A DNA stretch of 32,000 bases from Pyrobaculum calidifontis JCM 11548 (lineage in GTDB: Archaea > Thermoproteota > Thermoprotei > Thermoproteales > Thermoproteaceae): NCBI RefSeq assembly GCF_000015805.1, contig NC_009073.1, positions 990,001 through 1,022,000 of the forward strand, given 5' to 3'. Numbering within the stretch: the first letter of the stretch is position 1; each line of letters begins with the position of its first letter. The notes under the pieces are model-generated. The model worked only from the letters and a program-made list of their open reading frames with translations. It had not been told where the DNA came from and made no database searches. The position numbers and the translations under genes are program-made. Of this stretch, positions 15,489 to 23,832 are shown piece after piece.

Positions 15489-15662
15489 AAGAGAGTAACT
15501 CTCCAAACAAAAAACTTTGTAGTGGTAACAAAGAAAAGGGTAACTGCGCTAGAGAAGGGGTTGCCTTATCTGCCGTATATCGTTTAAAAAGGAGAGAGCA
15601 AGGACTTTACGTATTCGCGTTTTTGTGCACAAAGAATATATCACACAACGTGTTAAGTCGGC

Positions 15663-16226
15663 GTGATTAGGCACCTCATGATGTCTCGCAAATATGTAAA
15701 ATTGCTCCTCAGTGGGAAGAAGAGGAGCACTATTAGGCCTGGCGTGTTAAAAGTGGCGGAGAAGGTGTATATACACAGCGAGGGGCGCATTGTGGCAGTC
15801 GCCGAGGTGGAGGAGGTTGTATACAAGAGGGTTGGCGAGCTCACCGACGAGGATGCGCAGATAGACGGCTTCAGCAGCAGAGATGAGCTTGTGGCCTTTC
15901 TAAAGAGGCGCTACCCAGGGCTGAAGGACAGCTCCGTCGTCACAGTGATAAAATTTAGCAAGGTAGAGGAAGTAGACATGCCCGAGGACGCCCACTATGG
16001 CGGATTAACGCCGGTTGAAATAGCGACGTTGGCGTTGAACAAGCTGGAGCTCAGCAGGCGGGAGAGAGAGATCCTCAAGGCGGTGGTTGAGACCAAGAGC
16101 TTGAGGAAGGCCGCCCTAAAGCTCTTTGGAACAATAGAGAAACGGGGGGTTATCCGGAAAGTGCTAAGAAAAGCCGCGGCCAAGTTGATCAATGGAGGCC
16201 TGGAGGAGAAAAATAGAGACAATTAG
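15663..16226 (+). CDS. ASCH (PUA-like) domain protein fused to a C-terminal LuxR/sigma-r4-like HTH
   Basis: N-terminal YVKLLLSGKKRSTIRPG...IAVAEVEEVVYKRVGELTDEDAQIDGFSSRDELVAFLKRRYPG...VVTVIKF is the classical ASCH pattern. The C-terminal LSRREREILKAVVETKSLRKAALKLFGTIEKRGVIRKVLRKAAAKL looks like an HTH. Start is GTG 15663, or ATG 15678/15681. Confidence 0.7.
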   Translation: MIRHLMMSRKYVKLLLSGKKRSTIRPGVLKVAEKVYIHSEGRIVAVAEVEEVVYKRVGELTDEDAQIDGFSSRDELVAFLKRRYPGLKDSSVVTVIKFSKVEEVDMPEDAHYGGLTPVEIATLALNKLELSRREREILKAVVETKSLRKAALKLFGTIEKRGVIRKVLRKAAAKLINGGLEEKNRDN

Positions 16227-17256
16227 GCAGCTGGAGGCCCTCCTCTCTCCCGAGGAGCGGAGAGAGGCCCTCCGCGACCACCACGCAAAGCGCCCGCCCA
16301 GGCCCTGCGGCATCACTATTCACACAGGCATAGGATGCCCGCTCGGCTGCGCCTACTGTTACATATACGACATGGGCTTCCCAGGCCGCGTCACGCCGTA
16401 TCCGCTAAGCCCGCTCCAGATGGCTTTCGCCATAGCCTCCAACCCATATGTGGCGGTAGGCGAGTGGGGCTCGCTAGTAGCCGTCGGATCGGTCACAGAG
16501 CCGTTTCTGCCAGAGACCAGGGACTTGGCTCTGTCCTACATGGAGGCAATAGCCAAGTGGCTCGGCAACCCCATACAAGTCGCCACGAAGATGCCGCCCC
16601 CTCTAAAGCTGGCGGAGATTCAGAAGGGGCTAGACGTCCTCATAAGCGTCACAGACTTAAGCGGGAGGCTAGAGCCCAGGGCCCCGCCGCCTCTGGAGAG
16701 GCTGAGGGCAGGCGCAGAGCTTATAAGACGCGGCGCCCACGCCACACTGTTTGTGCGGCCGATCGTCCCCGGCGTCACGGACAGGGAAATAGAGAGGCTG
16801 TTAATAACGGCGAGGGAGCTGGGCTATCGGAGGGTCGTGTTTGGAACTCTGCGGGTCACCACTGGAATAGTGCGCCGGCTTAGGGCATTCGGCGTAGACG
16901 TGACGCCGTACGTCAAAAGACTTGACGAAAAGAGGCAGACGCCAATAAGGTTCCCCAAGGAGAAATTCGTGGCCATGGCGAGGGACTTGGGCTTTGAAGT
17001 CCTCCCCGCCTCCTGTGCGGCCAACGTGGCCGCACACGGCCAAGCATGCGCCCTCTGCCACTGGGGCCCCTGCGGAGACGTGAAGAAGCTGAAGGTGGAA
17101 CAGAGAGAGGTGGAGGAGTACCTTGAGGCGAGGGGGTACAAGGCTAAGGTACATGTGGACGATGTCATACGCGTGTCCGCCAAGCTCTCAAAGGCGGACA
17201 AGACCTTTCTAGAACAGGCCACCCGCCTTAGGGTAGTGGAGGACAAGCGGCGTTAA
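16192..17256 (+). CDS. Radical SAM protein, SplB/'DNA repair photolyase' (COG1533)-like
   Basis: 354 aa. CPLGCAYCY gives the C-x3-C-x2-C cluster motif near the N-terminus in a GITIHTGIGCPLGCAYCYI context. A second Cys group CALCHWGPC lies near the C-terminus. The ATG overlaps the ASCH gene by 35 nt. Confidence 0.7.
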   Translation: MEAWRRKIETIRQLEALLSPEERREALRDHHAKRPPRPCGITIHTGIGCPLGCAYCYIYDMGFPGRVTPYPLSPLQMAFAIASNPYVAVGEWGSLVAVGSVTEPFLPETRDLALSYMEAIAKWLGNPIQVATKMPPPLKLAEIQKGLDVLISVTDLSGRLEPRAPPPLERLRAGAELIRRGAHATLFVRPIVPGVTDREIERLLITARELGYRRVVFGTLRVTTGIVRRLRAFGVDVTPYVKRLDEKRQTPIRFPKEKFVAMARDLGFEVLPASCAANVAAHGQACALCHWGPCGDVKKLKVEQREVEEYLEARGYKAKVHVDDVIRVSAKLSKADKTFLEQATRLRVVEDKRR

Positions 17257-18431
17257 AATCTGCCCGACAGCCTTTTCTGGGGGTTCGTGGGCCACAGGGT
17301 GAATGCCAGCTCTCCCGGCGCCTTCAGCATTAAGCTCGTCAAGACGGCCTCCACGAGCTCCGGCGAGACTCTCACATACTGGTCCACCGAGTCCAGCAGC
17401 TGGGGGTACCCCGTAACCGTGGAGGCGGTCGAGGCCAGGTAGCCCACCACGTTTTCTAAGCCGAGGTTTCCCAAGTCCAGCACCTCGGCCCGCACGGCCG
17501 TCCTACTGCCGGGGGGCTTGTAGTAAACCACTTCGACGTCGCCTAACAGGCGGAGGTGTGGGTACGCGGAGTTGGTTAACACCTTGTTGAAGTTTTCGTA
17601 GAACTCCCTCAGCCGCCTGCAGAGCCTCTCGGCCTTCTCCCCCCGCGCAGGCGCCTCGCTCCTGTAACACCTTAGAACCTCGTCGCGTAGCGCGCCCCCT
17701 TCACACTCTGCGTAGTGTATGGGGGCCCACTTGGGCAAGAGGTCGCGGAGTTTCCCAAGGGAGAAGTACTCCCCGGGGCTTAGCACAACTGACGCGGCCA
17801 CTTTGTCGTTTACGGGGAGGCAGCGCCCGGCGGCCACGGACAAGTACTTAGACCTCACCCTCTTGGCCACGCCGACGACCGTCGCCCTACCCGCCTCGGC
17901 GGCGGCCAGCATGCGGTCTACAACTCGGTTTACCTCCTCGTACTTCCCGCCCCTGACGGCTAAATTGTACGGCAGGGGGTGAATGGCAATGTCTCCGTCG
18001 AGGAGGAGGACGTCGAAGTTCTTTTTCCCCCTTGCCCTAGCCTCCAAGAGGCGTGCGGCAAGTCTTCTCTCCAGCAGTGAGGCAAATCGAGATATGTCCC
18101 CCTCCCTAGAGTCGCTGAAGTAGAGCGTGCCCGAGAGAAAGCGGTCTTGCGCCCCATTCACCACGCCCACATATCCATATGCCACCACGGTGAAGATCCC
18201 GCCCACGAGCTCCAGAGGCGGCGAGCCGTAGGAGGAGTCCACCGCATATGCGGAGAACTGCTTGCCGCCGCTTATGGCCCTTATCTCAAGCGCCTGCCTC
18301 AGCGCCTTTAGCTCCTCCGCGACGCGCTCCAGCTTGGCGATTTTCTCGACGTACTTCTCCATGTCGTGTCTAAGCGCGGCCAGTAGATCGGGCTCAAGCC
18401 AGTAGTCAAGGGTGTCGGGCCCCTCGTACAT
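17253..18431 (-). CDS. nurA: NurA-domain nuclease
   Basis: 392 aa. YAVDSSYG (N-terminal catalytic Asp block), VLLLDGDIAIHPLPY and TVVGVAKRVRSKYL are the NurA hallmarks. Lies immediately downstream of a HerA-like ATPase. Confidence 0.75.
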   Translation of the reverse strand: MYEGPDTLDYWLEPDLLAALRHDMEKYVEKIAKLERVAEELKALRQALEIRAISGGKQFSAYAVDSSYGSPPLELVGGIFTVVAYGYVGVVNGAQDRFLSGTLYFSDSREGDISRFASLLERRLAARLLEARARGKKNFDVLLLDGDIAIHPLPYNLAVRGGKYEEVNRVVDRMLAAAEAGRATVVGVAKRVRSKYLSVAAGRCLPVNDKVAASVVLSPGEYFSLGKLRDLLPKWAPIHYAECEGGALRDEVLRCYRSEAPARGEKAERLCRRLREFYENFNKVLTNSAYPHLRLLGDVEVVYYKPPGSRTAVRAEVLDLGNLGLENVVGYLASTASTVTGYPQLLDSVDQYVRVSPELVEAVLTSLMLKAPGELAFTLWPTNPQKRLSGRF

Positions 18432-18467
18432 GTCACAAGCCAGGTAGCGCGTTTATATAGCGCATAG

Positions 18468-19826
18468 CTACGCCACCTCTTTTACTCTCAGTAGCACAGG
18501 TCTTCTGAGGGGGTTCATGAGGCCAGCCACGAAGAAGTCGCGGGGCTGCAGCTGTGTGAGAACGCTCTCGTTTACGTCGGCGATGTCTAAGTACGTGGAA
18601 ATCTCTCTCACGTCGGTGGGGGCAGTGAGGCGGGAGAAGAATATTGTGCCCAAGTTGGCCCTTATAGATGGGTCAATGTCGCCCACGATCCTCTGGCTGG
18701 CCAAAACCACCGAGAGGCCCCACTTCCTGCCCTCCCTCACCGTGGTCTCAATGACGTCCTTAGAAAGCGTCCACGTCTGCGGGGCGTAGTTCTGAGCCTC
18801 GTCAATTACAAACACGATGTTGGCCGGGGCCTTCTCCCTCTTCACCCTCTCCCACGCCGTCTCCATAACGGAGGCCACAATCGCCTGCTTCACCGATATG
18901 TCTGTGTCATAGCTCAAGTCCACCACCACGGGGTTTGCACCAAGGCCTAAGACCTCCTCTGGCTCCTTAACCCTGGCGTTAAGCTCCTCGAAGAAGAGAC
19001 TGTCCACCAGTTGCCTCAGATAGAGCTCTGCCTTCTCCACCGTGGAGTCTCGCGCGTTCAGCCTCTTCATAGTCCGCTTGAGGTGGGCAATAAAGGCGTC
19101 TTTTCCCCACCGGCCCTCGTATGTCATCGCGGCAATCTCTATATACTCGCCGTAGGTCTGCCAAGGCAACTGCGCCACCTTCGCGATCACAGACGCCAAG
19201 ATGTTGGCCGGTATCTTGACCTCAGACGACTTAACCGCCGCCTCGTAATAGGGGGCATAGTCCACCCCCGTGTGGTCGAAAATCACGACACGGTAGCCCT
19301 TGCCCACTAGCTCATTTACCAGCGCCCTCACAAGCCTCGACTTCCCCATGCCAGTGGCGCCGAACACCCCCACGTGGTGCGTTACATACCTAGCGTCGAG
19401 GGGGAGGGGCCACCCAGAGTACTTATGGTGGCCGACATAGATGTAGTCGCCCTTAAACACGTCGCCGAGAGTCGAGGCGTCTAGCACATACACCTTCGAG
19501 CCAGGCGTGACCACATGGGAAACCTCGCCCACGGCGCCCCCCCTAATGGTGACGTAGGGCTTGACTATGGCCGTGGTGTAGGGGAGGAGGATCCCATAGT
19601 CCACCATCTCAGGCCGGTCCACATAGGGCGTCCGCACCCTATCCCTCACAACGGGCTCCAGCTTGGTAATCCTCCTGAGAAATCCCACCACGAGCTCGCC
19701 CGGATTCTCCCTGTCCACCACGCCGACAAGCTGCTCCTCAACCGCGTAGCGCTCTGCCGCGCGGTAGATTTGAACCGGAATTGACCCGACAGTGGCGCCG
19801 CTTACCACAAACCCAATCTCGATCAT
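18468..19826 (-). CDS. herA: HerA-like (DUF87/FtsK-HerA superfamily) ATPase
   Basis: 452 aa. N-terminal HAS-barrel-like region (IEIGFVVSGAT...VVGFLRRI), Walker A GVFGATGMGKSRL, Walker B IVFVIDEAQNYAP, SVVLASQR. The ATG overlaps the upstream gene's stop (ATGA). Confidence 0.8.
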   Translation of the reverse strand: MIEIGFVVSGATVGSIPVQIYRAAERYAVEEQLVGVVDRENPGELVVGFLRRITKLEPVVRDRVRTPYVDRPEMVDYGILLPYTTAIVKPYVTIRGGAVGEVSHVVTPGSKVYVLDASTLGDVFKGDYIYVGHHKYSGWPLPLDARYVTHHVGVFGATGMGKSRLVRALVNELVGKGYRVVIFDHTGVDYAPYYEAAVKSSEVKIPANILASVIAKVAQLPWQTYGEYIEIAAMTYEGRWGKDAFIAHLKRTMKRLNARDSTVEKAELYLRQLVDSLFFEELNARVKEPEEVLGLGANPVVVDLSYDTDISVKQAIVASVMETAWERVKREKAPANIVFVIDEAQNYAPQTWTLSKDVIETTVREGRKWGLSVVLASQRIVGDIDPSIRANLGTIFFSRLTAPTDVREISTYLDIADVNESVLTQLQPRDFFVAGLMNPLRRPVLLRVKEVA

Positions 19827-20461
19827 AGGTACACCTCCAGCTCCACTCGGTCGCCATCTTTCAACCCTAGCACGTCTCGGACGCGGACAGGCGCAATGAA
19901 CTCAATCACGTCGACGGGGTGGTGAGTACGCTCTGGCATCACCACTGCGCCCTCCACGTCTGCCAGCCTAGCCCTAAACGCCTTCACAGCGCCGTACGTC
20001 CTCATACCGTTTGTAAACCCCGGTATGTGAATGCCGGGGAGGCCGTCGAGGTACCTCCTATGTGCCAGAGACTGGGGCTCCAGCTTTATGTTCAAAGTGC
20101 CGGGGTATGGGGTAAAGCCCAGCTCTCTCTCAATCGCCCTTCTGTAGCCCTCCAGCGACATGTAGAAAGCCCCCTCGCCGAGCCCCGTCACCACTCTTCC
20201 CACGAGCTTAATAGAAGCTATGTCAAAGTAGCGGAGAAGGTTGCGCAAGACTATGCTTAACGCGTCGCGGCCCTTCTGAGTAAGCTTTATGACAGGCCCC
20301 TCAGACAAATAGCCGGCTTCCCTTAGCGCTTTCACGGCCTTATACGCGCCCTGCCTAGACATACAGAGCCTCTTTGCCGCCTCTCCCACAGGCAAGCCCT
20401 CTACAGAGGCAAAAGCTATGAGGTCGGCCAGCGTCTTTCTCTCACAGTAGAGCTCTGTCAC
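19823..20461 (-). CDS. rbkR: RbkR-type bifunctional protein: N-terminal winged HTH plus archaeal CTP-dependent riboflavin kinase
   Basis: HTH region LCMSRQGAYKAVKALREAGYL. Kinase blocks GRVVTGLGEGAFYMSLEGYRRAIERELGFTPYPGTLNIKL and VVMPERTHHP. The GTG start overlaps the upstream stop (GTGA). Confidence 0.85.
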   Translation of the reverse strand: MTELYCERKTLADLIAFASVEGLPVGEAAKRLCMSRQGAYKAVKALREAGYLSEGPVIKLTQKGRDALSIVLRNLLRYFDIASIKLVGRVVTGLGEGAFYMSLEGYRRAIERELGFTPYPGTLNIKLEPQSLAHRRYLDGLPGIHIPGFTNGMRTYGAVKAFRARLADVEGAVVMPERTHHPVDVIEFIAPVRVRDVLGLKDGDRVELEVYL

Positions 20462-21027
20462 AGCGCATACTTCTCCACTATTTTTAAAATAGTCGTGTAC
20501 AACGTCGCCTTAGCTAAGTCTGCCAACACCTCTACCCTATTCACAGCCTCGGCCAAGTCTCTCCCCACGGCCACCACGCCGTGTCTCTTCAACACAGCCA
20601 CGTTGCTGTGGATAAGCGCCTCGGCCGCCGCCTCCGCGAGCTCCCTCGTGCCCGGCTTTATATACGGCACAACAGCCACGCCAGAGCCCAGATAGGCCTC
20701 GGCCTCCGACAAGGCAGAGGCGTCTATCCTCTCGGCCAACACAGTGGGCAACACGTCGTGCGTATGAACCACAGCCCCCACGTCCTGCCGCCTCTTGTAC
20801 ACCTCCACGTGGAGCCTCCACTCGCTAGTCGGCCTCAGCCTACCCTTCACCACTTCGCCGGAGAGGTTTATCCACACCAAGTCCTCGGGCGTCAAGAAGG
20901 GCTTCGGCCAATTCGTCGGCGTAATGAGGATTAAGTCCCCGCTCTTGGCCGAGACGTTGCCAGACAAAAGCGTTATGTGCCCCCTCTCGTACAACAGCCT
21001 TACGTACCGTAGAAACTCCTCCTCCAT
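20458..21027 (-). CDS. Class II aldolase/adducin-domain protein (FucA/AraD-like)
   Basis: SGNVSAK, SEWRLHVEVYKRRQDVGAVVHTHD, LKRHGVVAVGRDLAEA. ATG 21027 shares one nt with the upstream stop (TAATG). The longer track ORF would overlap the GGR gene. Confidence 0.8.
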   Translation of the reverse strand: MEEEFLRYVRLLYERGHITLLSGNVSAKSGDLILITPTNWPKPFLTPEDLVWINLSGEVVKGRLRPTSEWRLHVEVYKRRQDVGAVVHTHDVLPTVLAERIDASALSEAEAYLGSGVAVVPYIKPGTRELAEAAAEALIHSNVAVLKRHGVVAVGRDLAEAVNRVEVLADLAKATLYTTILKIVEKYAL

Positions 21028-22385
21028 TAGGGCAGAGGGCCGAGACCAATCTTCTCCCGATACTCGTTGTACTTGGCCACCACTTCGGCGTACCACCTCT
21101 CGATGTCTGCCTTGCTCTGCGGGTAGCGTAAGTACAAGTCGCCGATCTCCTTTGCGTATTGGACAGAGGTGGAGAGCTTCTTGAGGAGGCCGGGCCTGCC
21201 GATGAACTGCATCATAATCTTAAACTTGTCCAAGAGGGAGAGGTCTGTCCCCTTCGCGGCTAGGTGGTATATCTCATCCTCGTTCAGGATCTTCCTCGAC
21301 AAGCCGAAGTTCAAGTCGTCGTTGTCCAACGTCTGCAACATCAGCCTCAACACGTCCAACTGAGCCTGCCTATACCCCCACTCCCTCATGTACGCCACGT
21401 TGTACTCCCACAGCGAGTCCTCCGAAAAGTCGCCTCTGGCGAAGGCCTTCTCAATGGTCCTCGAGGCGAGCTCCGCGGTCAGAAGGGCTTGCCCAATGCC
21501 TCCGCCGTGGATGGGGTTTACGGCGGCCGCGGCGTCGCCTAGGGCAACAATGCCGTTGCCCACGAGGGACTTAAGCGGCCTCCTCGTAGGTATAAAGCCT
21601 CCTCCAATGTGGTACTTCTCTCTCACCTTGAACCTGGGCAATATGTACTTCTCGTAGTGGGCCCTGGGGTTGAGCTTGAGGACGCCCCATATGCCGAGCC
21701 CCACGTTCAACATGGTGCTACTCCTCGGGAAAATCCACCAGTAGCCGCCGGGCGCCACCACCATGTCGAGGTATATCTTGATGTACTGAGGCCGTTCGTG
21801 CTCGTCCTCCGTGTATACAATCTCCCTGTAGGCGTGGGAGACGTCCTCTGGGTGCAACGGCTCTGAGATAAGCCACCCACTCAGCTTCGTCCTAAGCACC
21901 GCCGCAGAGCCCGTGGAGTCCACCACCACCCTCGCCCTAAACTCCTTGGTCGAGCCCGTCCTCCTCTCCACCGCCTTGACCCCCACGACGCTTCCGTTTT
22001 CCACGATCGGCGCAGTGGCCGTGTGGCCCTCAAACAAAGTCGCCCCAGCCCTCACGGCCTCCTCTATAAGCCACTTGCCCCAGCCAAAACGGTCCAGCAC
22101 GTAGCCCTCCCCCCTTATCAAGAGCCTAGTCCTCTCGTCGGGGCTTATGAGCTCCACGCCCTCTATCTTGTTCTGAAACACCCTGGGGTTAGGCGTTAGG
22201 TGCCTAGACATGCGCTCCACGTGGTGTAGCCCAAGCCCATCGCCGCAGGTCTTTACACCCAGCTCGTTGCCACTTTTAGACTCGAGGAGCGCCACCTTAA
22301 ACCCTGCCTTGGCCAAGAGATAGGAGATGTAGGAGCCGGCGGTGCCCGCTCCAGCCACCACTACATCGAAATTTTCACTGGACAT
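21027..22385 (-). CDS. Geranylgeranyl reductase family flavoprotein (digeranylgeranylglycerophospholipid reductase-like)
   Basis: 452 aa. FAD dinucleotide fold FDVVVAGAGTAGSYISYLLAKAGFKVALLE. GDAAAAVNPIHGGGI block. Own TATA just upstream. Confidence 0.85.
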   Translation of the reverse strand: MSSENFDVVVAGAGTAGSYISYLLAKAGFKVALLESKSGNELGVKTCGDGLGLHHVERMSRHLTPNPRVFQNKIEGVELISPDERTRLLIRGEGYVLDRFGWGKWLIEEAVRAGATLFEGHTATAPIVENGSVVGVKAVERRTGSTKEFRARVVVDSTGSAAVLRTKLSGWLISEPLHPEDVSHAYREIVYTEDEHERPQYIKIYLDMVVAPGGYWWIFPRSSTMLNVGLGIWGVLKLNPRAHYEKYILPRFKVREKYHIGGGFIPTRRPLKSLVGNGIVALGDAAAAVNPIHGGGIGQALLTAELASRTIEKAFARGDFSEDSLWEYNVAYMREWGYRQAQLDVLRLMLQTLDNDDLNFGLSRKILNEDEIYHLAAKGTDLSLLDKFKIMMQFIGRPGLLKKLSTSVQYAKEIGDLYLRYPQSKADIERWYAEVVAKYNEYREKIGLGPLP

Positions 22386-22416
22386 GCAGAGTAAAGACCT
22401 TGGTATATAAAAAACT

Positions 22417-23094
22417 TTAGAGTTTCAACACGTCGCCTGGCTTCATCACGTACACCTTGGCCCGCGTCACAGCCTCCACCCGCGCCTTGAAGTCCTCCGG
22501 ATCCTGCCTTATGAGCGGGAAGGTGTTGTAGTGCATAGGCACGACCCTCCTCGGCCTCAACAGCTGCACCGCAATGGCCGCCTCGCGTGGGCCCATGGTA
22601 AAGACGCTGCCAATGGGTAGAAGCGCCACATCTATGTCATACAACTCGCCTATCAGCTCCATGTCTCTAAACAGCGCCGTGTCCCCCGCGTGGTAAACCG
22701 TGCCCTCAGGCGTCGCTATCACGAAGCCAGACGGTGCGCCCCTATTCGCAGTATGAAGCGCTGGCGTCATGTAGACCTCCACCCCATCGCCGAGCTTAAT
22801 AGTGCCCCCAATGTTCATAGGCATAGTCTGCGCCTCGGGAATCCCCTTCTCCGCCACCTCGAGGGTAAGCTCGTAAGTCCCCACAACGGGAGCCCCCGTC
22901 GCCTTGGCAATATCCACAGACTCGCCCAAGTGGTCAAAGTGGTCGTGGGTAATCAAGATATGCGTCGGCTTCGCCGCGGCCACCTCCTGAGGAGAGGCCG
23001 GGGACAGAGGGTTAGAGACCCAGGGATCTATCAACAACTTAAGCGACGCGGCCTCCACCATAAACGCCGAATGCCCAAACCACTTGATCTGCAT
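22417..23094 (-). CDS. UPF0173-type metallo-beta-lactamase-fold hydrolase
   Basis: MQIKWFGHSAFMVE...LLIDPW...ILITHDHFDHLG...AGDT...PMHYNTF. Confidence 0.85.
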   Translation of the reverse strand: MQIKWFGHSAFMVEAASLKLLIDPWVSNPLSPASPQEVAAAKPTHILITHDHFDHLGESVDIAKATGAPVVGTYELTLEVAEKGIPEAQTMPMNIGGTIKLGDGVEVYMTPALHTANRGAPSGFVIATPEGTVYHAGDTALFRDMELIGELYDIDVALLPIGSVFTMGPREAAIAVQLLRPRRVVPMHYNTFPLIRQDPEDFKARVEAVTRAKVYVMKPGDVLKL

Positions 23095-23169
23095 AACCGT
23101 AGAACTGTGCGGGTTATTAACTCTTCTGCGCCCGCGCGATATAACCCTGCAGTTGTTGCGCGGCGACGT

Positions 23170-23409
23170 TTACCCCCTCTTCTGAAGATCCAGCCTAATG
23201 GCGCCTCTGTGGGGGGCGAAGATTTTCACAGAGAAGTACCTCTCAAGCTCTCTTACCACCTCCACAAGCGCTCTGAACTCCATGGGCTTTACCAGGTAGA
23301 TCTTTAGGTGGTACAGGCCGGTGGCAGGCGCGTAGCTGTACTTGACATATTTCACATAGCCGGCCCCCACCCTTTTCACCACCTCAACAGCTCTCTCCAG
23401 CTCTTTCAC
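23170..23409 (-). CDS. Hypothetical small protein (79 aa)
   Basis: GTG-initiated ORF 21 nt downstream of hjc. Predicted alpha/beta pattern, no family recognised. A TATTTTTAA element overlapping the hjc stop lies about 26 nt upstream. Confidence 0.45.
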   Translation of the reverse strand: MKELERAVEVVKRVGAGYVKYVKYSYAPATGLYHLKIYLVKPMEFRALVEVVRELERYFSVKIFAPHRGAIRLDLQKRG

Positions 23410-23430
23410 AAGGCAGAAACTTTGCCGTGT

Positions 23431-23832
23431 TTAAAAATACTGGTCAATCCTCGCGGCGAATATAGACTCCAGGAAGGCCCTCAGCTCCACCGCGCCCTCG
23501 TACTCCTCCCTCCCCACCCTAGCAGTGGGCTTCACCACCTTCCAAGGGCCACGGCCAAATTTCACGAGAATAAACGCCTCTCCCCCCGCCCTCTCTGCAA
23601 ATTTGACAAGCTTCTCCAACTTCTCCTCCTCAATCCTAACCGCTGTGTACTTAGACCGGTACTTCACCTCAAACACCAAGACCCTCCCCCTGCAGATGGC
23701 CACTATGTCGGGGACATACCTCTTCCTAACCCCCGCCCCCGAAGAACAGCCGCGCAGCACAGCGCACCCCCGCTCCCAGAGGTAATTCGCCAACTCTCTC
23801 TCCTTCGCCGAGCCCTTACGCTTGACACTCAT
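23431..23832 (-). CDS. hjc: Holliday junction resolvase Hjc
   Basis: 133 aa. KGSAKERELANYLWERGCAVLR...PDIVAICRGRVLVFEVKYR is the archaeal Hjc nuclease motif set (E...D...EVK). Confidence 0.9.
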   Translation of the reverse strand: MSVKRKGSAKERELANYLWERGCAVLRGCSSGAGVRKRYVPDIVAICRGRVLVFEVKYRSKYTAVRIEEEKLEKLVKFAERAGGEAFILVKFGRGPWKVVKPTARVGREEYEGAVELRAFLESIFAARIDQYF

